Shown: in pieces, positions 9,777-16,471 of the stretch
How the letters are laid out: the number at the start of each line of letters is the position of its first letter
Numbering within the stretch: position 1 is the stretch's first letter
NCBI GenBank assembly: GCA_963813155.1
Contig: CAWEYG010000007.1
Coordinates: 1-16,491 of the forward strand
Length of the DNA: 16,491 nt
Origin: an uncultured Acidobacteriota bacterium
GTDB lineage: Bacteria > Acidobacteriota > Thermoanaerobaculia > UBA5066 > DATFVB01
Direction: 5' to 3'
The notes under the pieces: generated by a model
Database searches by the model: none
The model's input: the letters and a program-made list of their open reading frames with translations, nothing else
Told to the model about the DNA's origin: nothing
Position numbers and translations under genes: made by a program

Positions 9777-10073
9777 ATGAGCCAGGCCACTTCGTTCAAG
9801 TACGTCGCCCGGGTCCGCCCGGACTCGAAGGGACGCGTCACGCTCGGACGCCTGGGGAAAGACATCAGCAGTTATCGCGTGGCGGTGGATGGCGAAGGTC
9901 GAGTCCTTCTCGAGCCCTTCGTCGAAGTTCCCGCGCGCGAGCAATGGCTTTATGAAAACCCCGAGGCGTACTCGAGCGTCCGGCGTGGGCTAGCCCAGGC
10001 GGGGAAGGGTGAAACGGCTTCGCTCGGCTCGTTCGCCAGGCCCGCACCGAAAGCGCGCAAGCCCCGCAAGTGA
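9777..10073 (+). CDS. AbrB/MazE-like antitoxin
   Basis: DSKGRVTLG swapped-hairpin-like motif, then EQWLYENPEA...VRRGL. Coupled (GTGA) to a RelE-like ORF. Confidence 0.75.
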   Translation: MSQATSFKYVARVRPDSKGRVTLGRLGKDISSYRVAVDGEGRVLLEPFVEVPAREQWLYENPEAYSSVRRGLAQAGKGETASLGSFARPAPKARKPRK

Positions 10074-10204
10074 CCTTTCGCCTTCAGTTCACGAAGGAAG
10101 CGAAAGAGAACCTTCACAAACTCGAGTCGGACGGCGGACTCTCCAAGCGCCTCAAGGCGGTGAGAAAGGCTCTCGGTCTCCTCGAATCGAACCCGCGCCA
10201 CCCG
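10070..10204 (+). pseudogene. RelE/ParE-like toxin, 3'-truncated and fused to repeat copy B
   Basis: MTFRLQFTKEAKENLHKLE...KAVRKALGLLESNPRHP is a RelE-type N-terminal half. The rest of ORF 10070-10354 is repeat sequence homologous to copies A and C. Confidence 0.72.
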
Positions 10205-10478
10205 CCCTTCTGGCGCCGGCGCCTTTGGCCCGGACTCTCGCGGACCTTCGCTCAGGGAGTTAGGGCCCCAACACCGGCGAGCGAGACTCAGGAGTACGCT
10301 CTTCGGGCGGGCCGGGACGCGGGGCGCAGGCTCTCGTCCGCAGGCCATGAGTGAGGCGCAAGAAGAATCCCGTACTCAGTTGAGACGCGAGAGGTCGCGC
10401 CGAACGCTAGAGGCGCGGGGGACTGATTCCACTCCGACCGATCGTGCCGTGCCAGCGGACGAGTGCCGAGCTCCGAGG
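10192..10478 (+). repeat. Structured repeat, copy B (5'-truncated)
   Basis: 10192-10257 matches 15091-15157 directly; 10225-10257 and 10316-10478 match copy A in inverted orientation. Confidence 0.85.
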
Positions 10479-10676
10479 CCCGGGACCAGGATCTCCCGGC
10501 CCAAGCGAGCCGCCGCCCGGCGCGCTGCGTCTCCTCGAGGGAGGCATCGATGACCCGCCCGGGTACTCGCCGCGACCTCGCCGAGCGACCTTCGCGCGAT
10601 CATGCCCAGGCCGGGAGGCAATACTGCAAAACACGGATCCGACCCCAGGCACGACGTGCTGCCCTCCGCCGGCACG

Positions 10677-10705
10677 TGCTAGAATCGCGGGCAAAACAGA
10701 AGGAG
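10677..10705 (+). promoter_or_regulatory. Extended -10 (TGcTAGAAT) and SD (AAGGAG)
   Basis: TGnTAGAAT at 10677-10685; AAGGAG at 10700-10705, 5 nt before ATG 10711. Confidence 0.55.
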
Positions 10706-10710
10706 CGAAA

Positions 10711-11178
10711 ATGAAAAAGCGTCTCGGCGTCCTGCTCGGTACGGTTCTTCTGCTCGGCTTCTCGGCAACCGCGCTCGCGAAAGGCAAAGGGTCGAATCCC
10801 CAGTTCCCGGCGCCCCCTGCAGCGGGGTATTACGTCAACGAATGCACGGGTGAGATCTTCATCGAATGGGACCCGGTCGTCAGCAACGTCGACGGAAGCT
10901 CGCCGACGAAATACGCGATCCAGATTGTCCAGTCGCTCCGCAGCGGCTGCCCGGACGGCCCAATCGTCGCAACGAACGTCACGAATTTCACCGCTCCCGG
11001 CAACACCACGGAATTCGCCACGCCGCCCGGAACGCTCCAGTTTCCAGGCCCTCCCACCGCCTGCGGGCCGGACGACGTTGTCATCCTGATCAAGGCTCTC
11101 AACCCGCCCAGCAGGTCGCAGAACAACCCGCAGGTGATCGCCGAATTCGAAGGGGTCGGCGGCGGTCCCTGCATCTGA
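10711..11178 (+). CDS. Secreted hypothetical protein (possible FN3-like beta-sandwich)
   Basis: Strong SD, signal peptide MKKRLGVLLG...ALA, IEWDPV...TKYAIQI pattern, four Cys, followed by a terminator. Confidence 0.75.
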   Translation: MKKRLGVLLGTVLLLGFSATALAKGKGSNPQFPAPPAAGYYVNECTGEIFIEWDPVVSNVDGSSPTKYAIQIVQSLRSGCPDGPIVATNVTNFTAPGNTTEFATPPGTLQFPGPPTACGPDDVVILIKALNPPSRSQNNPQVIAEFEGVGGGPCI

Positions 11179-11207
11179 CCGGACGACTCCCGGACCCGGT
11201 TTGATCC

Positions 11208-11240
11208 GCCCCCTTCGGCCCGCGCCGGAGGGGGCTTTTT
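11208..11240 (+). terminator. Rho-independent terminator
   Basis: GCCCCCTTCGGC-ccgc-GCCGGAGGGGGC followed by TTTTT. Confidence 0.85.
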
Positions 11241-11325
11241 CGTGCCGGGCTTCTCCGCGTTTTCCCTGAACGCTTCTCTCGCCAGCAGCGCGGCCGACCG
11301 GCCGGTATAATTTGACGGAGTCAAG

Positions 11326-11535
11326 ATGAGTCGTTACGAAGTGATCATCTACTGGAGCGCCGAGGACGAAGCCTTCGTGGCCGAGGTCCCGGAGCTCCCC
11401 GGCTGCGCGGCGGACGGCGCTACCCGCGAGGAGGCGCTCGCCAGCGCCGAAGTCGTCATCCAGGAATGGATCGAGACGGCGCGCGAGCTGGGTCGCCCTA
11501 TCCCGGAGCCCAAGGGCCGCCTGATCTTCGCGTAG
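11326..11535 (+). CDS. hicB: HicB family antitoxin (short form, no adjacent HicA)
   Basis: YEVIIYWSAEDEAFVAEVPELPGCAADGATREEAL...WIETARELGRPIPEP; GGAG SD upstream. Confidence 0.92.
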   Translation: MSRYEVIIYWSAEDEAFVAEVPELPGCAADGATREEALASAEVVIQEWIETARELGRPIPEPKGRLIFA

Positions 11536-11558
11536 GCCCAGCGGCTCCAGGCTCCCAA

Positions 11559-11590
11559 ATTCAACATTCAAAATTTAGAATTCACAATTC
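11559..11590. repeat. AT-rich heptamer tandem repeat
   Basis: ATTCAAC ATTCAAA ATTTAGA ATTCACA ATTC. Confidence 0.7.
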
Positions 11591-11750
11591 TTCGGCCTCT
11601 GGCCGAAGCCATGTCCCCAAACCCCCGGAGGCGCGATGGGAAGGGGTAAGATAGGATTTCGCCGTTCCGATTGGAGGCAGATTTGCTTCTCTCGCGCGGT
11701 GTTCGGCTGCGTTGGATTGACGTTCGAACTCTTTCTGGCGGGTGCCTGGA

Positions 11751-12002
11751 GTGAAATTCACTAAGCATCAGCTTGAGGCCATCGAGCATGATGGTCGGAA
11801 CCTCCAGCTGATTGCCTGCGCCGGCTCCGGCAAGACCGAGGTTGTCGCTCGGCGCGTGGTCCACCTGTTGACACCCGGCAGGAAAGACGCCCTCACTCCG
11901 CGCAACATCATCGCCTTCACCTTTACCGACAAGGCCGCGGCCGAGCTGAAGGAACGGGTCGTCACGCGAACTCGCCAGGCACTCGGAGAGATCCCGGGGA
12001 TG
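11751..12002 (+). pseudogene. UvrD/PcrA-like SF1 helicase, N-terminal fragment
   Basis: Q-motif (FTKHQLEAI), Walker A ACAGSGKT and motif Ia IIAFTFTDKAAAELKERV. Similarity stops after GEIPGM, before the expected TxH motif; the ORF ends at 12152. Confidence 0.85.
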
Positions 12003-12105
12003 ACGTACGGGTCATTGCTGAGTTTGTGGGGGTGCTCGGTGGCTCCAGATAGGCAAGAGGAGCGTTGGAAAGAACTACCGGCGTCGAGATATGTCGGGGG
12101 GCGAT

Positions 12106-12197
12106 TAGGGTCAGATCTGTGTTTTTACGGTAGCCGTCGCTCAGAGGCGTGAAGGCGTGAAACGTGAAGACGTGAAGGTGGTGGCGCGAAGGCGTGA
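12106..12197 (+). repeat. Degenerate boundary motif plus (AG)GCGTGA tandem repeats
   Basis: TAGGGTCAGATCTGTGTTTTT, then AGGCGTGA AGGCGTGA AACGTGA AGACGTGA ... AGGCGTGA. The same short repeats follow the motif at 15200. Confidence 0.5.
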
Positions 12198-12198
12198 G

Positions 12199-12468
12199 CT
12201 AGAGCTTTTTCAGGAATCGGCGAATCTCGTCGTGGGTACCGAGCAACAACACGAAGAGGCGAGCCTTTTCCTGACGGAACAGGATTCTCAGATCAATACC
12301 CACCCGAGCCTCAAAGAGTTTGCCGCGAAGCTTTCGAACCCCGCGATGAGCGTGCGGTTTTCCGAAGTCGTTTTCGAGTCTTGTGAGAGCAGAAGCAACT
12401 TGATCGACTCTTGCCTCCGGGAGCGCGCCTAGAGCCCGCTCGAAAGCCTCCGCGGTCTCAATTTTCAA
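12199..12468 (-). CDS. RelE/ParE superfamily toxin
   Basis: 89 aa; FERAL, HRGVRKLRGKLFEARVGIDLRILF and C-terminal LGTHDEI. TTG start overlaps the antitoxin stop. Confidence 0.8.
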   Translation of the reverse strand: MKIETAEAFERALGALPEARVDQVASALTRLENDFGKPHAHRGVRKLRGKLFEARVGIDLRILFRQEKARLFVLLLGTHDEIRRFLKKL

Positions 12469-12740
12469 GCGCGCGTTTTCTTCTTTGTTCGCCGGGTGCT
12501 TTTCAGGAGATCAGCCACGCTGTCGTAAGTCCGAGTCCGTCCTCCGCGCCGCTCGGCGTCGGCCCAGGCGTTGAGCTTCGACGCGTCGGCGGCGCTCAGC
12601 TGAAAGTCCTCTTCGCCCACGGGAGTCAGGCGAACCGCCGGCTTGCCGTGGCGGCTGATGACGACGGTCTCACCCCGCTCCGCGAGCCGAATGAGCGTTC
12701 CCAGTTCGATCTTCGCTTCGGAAAGAGATCTAAATTTCAT
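12465..12740 (-). CDS. Phd/YefM family antitoxin
   Basis: SLSEAK..LGTLIRLAERGETVVISRHGKPAVRLTP. Confidence 0.88.
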   Translation of the reverse strand: MKFRSLSEAKIELGTLIRLAERGETVVISRHGKPAVRLTPVGEEDFQLSAADASKLNAWADAERRGGRTRTYDSVADLLKSTRRTKKKTRA

Positions 12741-12760
12741 ACCAAAGATTGTACTCTGGT
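12741..12760 (-). promoter_or_regulatory. Operator inverted repeat enclosing the -10 box of phd-relE
   Basis: ACCAGAG-TACAAT-CTTTGGT directly before ATG on the minus strand. Confidence 0.6.
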
Positions 12761-12767
12761 TTATAGG

Positions 12768-12822
12768 CGTGCCCCAAGCCGTTCAGGGGTTTAATGGGGA
12801 CGGTCTTGTTTTGGTGTATTAC
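12768..12822 (+). repeat. Boundary motif copy 1
   Basis: TGGGGACGGTCTTGTTTTGGTGTATTAC (12795-12822), preceded by the inverted arm CGTGCCCCA (12768-12776). Confidence 0.85.
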
Positions 12823-12871
12823 GTGGCGGCCCGACGGAGAGCGTCCACAGCGCGGGAGTAAGATCGCAGAG

Positions 12872-13345
12872 ATGAAGACAGCCATTTTCCTTCTCCTCCT
12901 TGCAGCCTCGGCCTCGGCCGCGGGAGCCGCGGCGCCCGACGCCCAGCCGGGGATCGACGCCTTCAACCGCGCGGTGATCGACGCGACGAAGAAAATGGAT
13001 GACGGCGCGAGCCTCGCGCTCTGGGAGGACGACGGTGTGAGCATTCTCCCGAATTCGAAGCCGCTCTCCGGCAAGCCTGCCATCGAGGCGTTCCTTCGGA
13101 CGGTCGCCGAGCAGACGAAGGGCGCGCGCATGGAGTCGTTCTGGATGGGGTGCGTCACGATCGCGGTCTCGGGCGACACCGCGTCGGAGCGATGCGTCGA
13201 GCACCAGGTGGTTCGGTTCCCGGGCGACAAGCCCCCGTTCGACGGCTGGGGGAACCTCCTCTACGTCCTCCACCGGGGAGGCGACGGGCATTGGCGGATC
13301 CGCGCGGAAATGTGGAACGCGGCGCTTCCCGGTTCGGCGCCCTGA
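12872..13345 (+). CDS. Secreted NTF2/SnoaL-like (DUF4440) protein
   Basis: Signal peptide MKTAIFLLLLAASASA, then LWEDDGVSIL..SGKPAIEAF, VSGDTA and LYVLHRGGDGHWRI. Confidence 0.82.
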   Translation: MKTAIFLLLLAASASAAGAAAPDAQPGIDAFNRAVIDATKKMDDGASLALWEDDGVSILPNSKPLSGKPAIEAFLRTVAEQTKGARMESFWMGCVTIAVSGDTASERCVEHQVVRFPGDKPPFDGWGNLLYVLHRGGDGHWRIRAEMWNAALPGSAP

Positions 13346-13410
13346 CCGCTACTTCGCCGCGGGCAGGTCCTTCAGTGGTAATTGACCCCTCAGGCCGCCG
13401 AGTGTTGAGA

Positions 13411-13561
13411 AACGTCCCAGCCCGGAAAGACGGGATGGGGACGGTCTTGTTTTCGTGTATTACTCTGAAACGAGTCACGAGTGGCGAGCTGAGAGTCGAG
13501 GGTCGGACGTGAAATCGCCGACGAGGGCGATTCCCGCCCCGGCTCAGTGGTCGGGGCAAGC
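13411..13561 (+). repeat. Boundary motif copy 2 (extended)
   Basis: Hairpin CGTCCCA-GCCCG-gaaaga-CGGGA-TGGGGACG; core 13436-13463 has 1 mismatch to copy 1. Followed by degenerate heptamers ACGAGTC ACGAGTG GCGAGCT GAGAGTC GAGGGTC, then GGCGATTCCC and a hairpin GCCCCGGC...GTCGGGGC. Confidence 0.85.
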
Positions 13562-13728
13562 TTTGCGCGGGAATGACCGCGGGTGAGCCTTCTACTCCAA
13601 TCCCGCCGCCAGGCTCAGGACTTCCCGACTCCGTTCGATTGTTGCGTTATGATCTCGGGCTGACAGTCGTCAATCGATTCTTGGGCTCGCGAGGCGGCTC
13701 CTCCGGGCAGGACGCGAAAGGGAGAATC

Positions 13729-14914
13729 ATGCACGCCCGTACGTTTCGACTCGCCGCGGCGGCCGCCGGGGTCCTCGTCCTCGCGGGGGCCGCGATCCTC
13801 GAAGCGGACATCGACTGGAGAAGCAAGGGAGCCGTGACGCCGGTCAAGAACCAGGGCACGACTTCGTTCGACGCCTCGTGGGCTTTCGCCGTCACCGGGG
13901 CGGTCGAGGGGTATCGGGCGATCAACAGCGGATCGCTGACCTCTCTTTCGGAACAGCAGTTGATCGACTGCGTTCCTGCCGTCGGGGACTGCGCCGATCC
14001 GCTCTGCGGGCAGGCGCCGTGCGGCCTGAACTTCGCCATGACCAACGGGCTCGCCAGCGAAAGCGCCTATCCGTATACCGGCCTTCAGGGAACGTGCAAG
14101 GTGCCCACCCCGGTGGCGACCATCCCCGGGTGGACGCGGCTCGTCGGAGAGACCGGGATCGCGGGGGCGCTCAGCAGCGGCCCCGTCATCGCCCGCCTTT
14201 CGATCGGCGACCACGGGACCCCCATCGCGGCCTGGACGTCCTACGCGGGCGGACCCTTCCCGGCGTCGGCGGCGTCGGCCTACGACGACACGGTTCATCA
14301 GTGGGTGCTCATCGTCGGATACTCTTCGAGTCTCTACACCATCAAGAATTCGATCGGAACGTCGTGGGGAAGCTCGGGGTACCTGTTTCTTCCGCGCGGT
14401 TTCAATGCGCTCGGCGTGGGAGACGACGCTTATGCGCCCTCGATCGACACGGCGCACGGCGCCTGCGCGCTGCCCGGCGGCGCGTGCCAGGACATGACCG
14501 CGGCCGATTGCACGACGGCCGGCGGAATTTATGGGGGAGATCTGTCGTTCTGCCCGGCCTCCTGCGGCACCTGCGCCGACGATGCGACGCCGCCCGTCAT
14601 TCGCGCGAGCGCGATCCCGCGTCCGGCGAAGAAGGGGAGCGGGACATTGACGCTGACGGTAGCCGGTACGGCAACCGACGATTGCACGCTCGACCGGTCG
14701 TCCGGGGAGTACTGGGTCACGGACTCGTATCGACCCGGGGGCTCCGATCGTCCCGAATCCGGTGACGTTTGGCGAGGACGGCTCGTTCAGCTTCCCCGTG
14801 TCGCTCGCCGCGACGCGCATCGGCAAGCGCGCACACGTTTACAAGATTTTCGTGAGCGCCCGGGATGCCGCGGGGAACACAGCGACGATCACCATCGCCG
14901 TTCCCATCACCTGA
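13729..14914 (+). CDS. Secreted papain-family (C1A) peptidase-like protein with Cys-rich and Ig-like C-terminal domains; frameshift near 14731
   Basis: DWRSKGAVTPVKNQG, SWAFA, SLSEQQLIDC, ESAYPYTG, VLIVGY and IKNSIGTSWGSSGY. After TAT C GAC the +1 frame reads DPGAPIVP...YKIFVSARDAAGNTATITIAVPIT* (stop 14912-14914). GGGAGA SD before ATG 13729. Confidence 0.85.
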
Positions 14915-14960
14915 GCGCTCGTCGAGTCCGGTTCGCGTTGGGGGATTCGAGACTTCGTCA

Positions 14961-15171
14961 GCCCGACTCGCGGTTCGCCCCGCGCCGGCTCGGTGAGCGG
15001 GTCCTGTCGCAGGACTCGCTCCGCTTTTCCGCTCGCCGAGCCAGAGGACTTTGCTACACCCGCGTTGCGAGCGGCAAAAGGGAGTCTTGCCCCGCGCCAC
15101 CCGCCATCCTTGCGTCGGCGCCTTTGGCCCCACCGCTCTCGGGCTTTCGCTCAGGGGCGAGGCCTCGTCCC
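14961..15171 (+). repeat. Structured repeat, copy C (3'-truncated)
   Basis: Rod hairpin 14961-15144 with central stem CTTTTCCGCTCGC / GCGAGCGGCAAAAG and loop motif GAGGACTTTGCTAC shared with copy A. Confidence 0.85.
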
Positions 15172-15199
15172 GCGAAATTAGCGGATTTGGGATAGCTGC

Positions 15200-15304
15200 T
15201 GGGGACGGTCTTGCTTTTCGCGTATTACCTTGAATGCGAGTCGTAAGGCGTGAGGGCGTGAGGCGTGGCGGCGATTCCCCCCCGACTCGCGGTCGGGCCA
15301 AAGC
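15200..15304 (+). repeat. Boundary motif copy 3 (extended)
   Basis: TGGGGACGGTCTTGCTTTTCGCGTATTAC (15200-15228), GGCGTGA repeats, GGCGATTCCC and hairpin CCCGAC-tcgcg-GTCGGG. Upstream inverted arm CGTCCC at 15166-15171. Confidence 0.85.
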
Positions 15305-15312
15305 GTACTCGG

Positions 15313-15350
15313 TATACGTGAGTTGCGTATATCCGCAAGTTGCGTATAAT
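15313..15350 (+). promoter_or_regulatory. higBA promoter with tandem operators
   Basis: TATACG-N7-CGTATA (15313-15331) and TATCCG-N7-CGTATA (15330-15348) overlap TTGCGT-16-TATAAT. Confidence 0.75.
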
Positions 15351-15356
15351 TAAGTG

Positions 15357-15698
15357 GTGAAGGCGGTCTTCGTCGAGTTGCCGGCTTTCGAGCGGCATCG
15401 TGAGAGGCATCTCGATGATGAAGATTTCCGGCGCCTTCAGGCGGACCTGATGGTGAATCCCCAGGCGGGAGACGTTATCGAAGGAACCGGAGGCCTTCGA
15501 AAACTTCGATTCGCCGACTCACGGCGCGGCAAGGGGAAACGCGGCGGCCTTCGGGTGATCTACTACTGGTGGATCGCCGGATTGCAGTTCTGGCTGTTCA
15601 CCGTGTATGGCAAGGGAGAACTGGATGATCTCACGCCGCAAGAGCGGAAAGATCTCAGGGCGATGATCAAGGCCGAGTTGAAGGCAAGGAGCAAGTGA
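15357..15698 (+). CDS. higB: HigB/RelE family toxin (HigB-2-like)
   Basis: FVELPAF, NPQAGDVIEGTGGLRKLRF, RGKGKRGGLRVIYY and LFTVYGKGE. Start is GTG 15357 or 15354. Confidence 0.92.
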   Translation: MKAVFVELPAFERHRERHLDDEDFRRLQADLMVNPQAGDVIEGTGGLRKLRFADSRRGKGKRGGLRVIYYWWIAGLQFWLFTVYGKGELDDLTPQERKDLRAMIKAELKARSK

Positions 15699-16045
15699 TG
15701 AAATCAGTCCGCAAGAAGAAACATGGGCTCACCGCAAAGCGCAATCTCTTCGCCGAGCTGTCGGAGGGTGTGAAGGCTTTGGCGGACGAGCGGCTGGGAA
15801 AACGGACGCTGCGGACGCATGCCGTAGAGTTCAAACCCGCTCCGGAGGTGACTCCCGCGGAGCTAATTCGCGTAAGAAGGCATCTGAATCTCTCTCGTCC
15901 CTTATTTGCCGTCTACTTGCGGACAAATGTTCGCACGTTGGAGAATTGGGAACAGGGGCGCGCCAGGCCAAACGCTCAGGCTGCGCTGCTTATCCGACTC
16001 GTAAAGCGGTTTCCCGACACGGTCGCGAGGCTCGCGGCGATCTAG
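15698..16045 (+). CDS. higA: HigA-like XRE/HTH antitoxin
   Basis: NLFAELSEGV...VRRHLNLSRPLFAVYLRTNVRTLENWEQGRARPNAQAALLIRLV; lies downstream of the toxin with an AAGGAG SD. Start is ATG 15698 or GTG 15695. Confidence 0.9.
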   Translation: MKSVRKKKHGLTAKRNLFAELSEGVKALADERLGKRTLRTHAVEFKPAPEVTPAELIRVRRHLNLSRPLFAVYLRTNVRTLENWEQGRARPNAQAALLIRLVKRFPDTVARLAAI

Positions 16046-16141
16046 GAAACCTGTTTCTCAATCGCTCCTGCAATTGTGCGAAGGCCCAGTTTCGCGATGC
16101 CAGGCATAAACCCGGGAGTCCGGGAGTCGTAAAATCGTTTG

Positions 16142-16471
16142 ATGGGACGTTCGTGGGTTCCTTTCGTTCTCTCCGGCGCCCTCGTCGTGTGGGGCGTGGC
16201 GTTGTCGATGTCTTCTCGAACCGCCCGGGCGAACACGCCCCCGTCTGCCGTCCCTCCGGTCGCGAGCGCCTTCGAGACCACCGTGCGGCCGATTCTCCGG
16301 GCCCGATGCCAGCCGTGCCATTTCGCGGGCGGGAAGATCTATGACCACCTTCCGTTCGACAACGAAGACGTTGTGCGGAGGCTCGGAACGGGCCGGCTGT
16401 TCACGCGGTTGAAGGACGAGAAGGATCGCGCCGCGATACGGGCGTTCCTCCAGGAGAAGACGGCGCGCTGA
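16142..16471 (+). CDS. Small exported c-type cytochrome-like protein
   Basis: Signal peptide and F...VRPIL...CQPCH with a single CxxCH heme-binding motif. Confidence 0.7.
   Translation: MGRSWVPFVLSGALVVWGVALSMSSRTARANTPPSAVPPVASAFETTVRPILRARCQPCHFAGGKIYDHLPFDNEDVVRRLGTGRLFTRLKDEKDRAAIRAFLQEKTAR

Noticed and set aside
10347-10553. ORF MSEAQEE... duplicated at 5904 (minus) as a small protein family
   Set aside because: It lies within the palindromic repeat. Most of the 16 differences over 44 codons are non-synonymous, so conservation is better explained at the DNA or structure level.
11651-11754. Short frame DRISPF...GGCLE* overlapping the helicase start
   Set aside because: It has no start codon, is preceded by an in-frame stop and has no recognisable motif, so it cannot be supported as a gene remnant.
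12157-12432. 91-aa plus-strand ORF
   Set aside because: It is antisense to the RelE-like toxin, which has motif and operon support, and it starts within tandem repeats.
14915-15195. C-terminal extension of the 540-aa peptidase ORF
   Set aside because: It is read-through caused by the frameshift near 14731 and runs into repeat copy C.
12795-15228. 28-bp repeats as a CRISPR array
   Set aside because: Spacing is 0.6-1.8 kb with whole genes in between, and there are no cas genes.
12768-15304. Canonical integron attC or Xer dif sites
   Set aside because: No RYYYAAC...GTTRRRY boxes, no XerD-type TTATGTTAAAT arm, no internal dyad in the core, and no intI.
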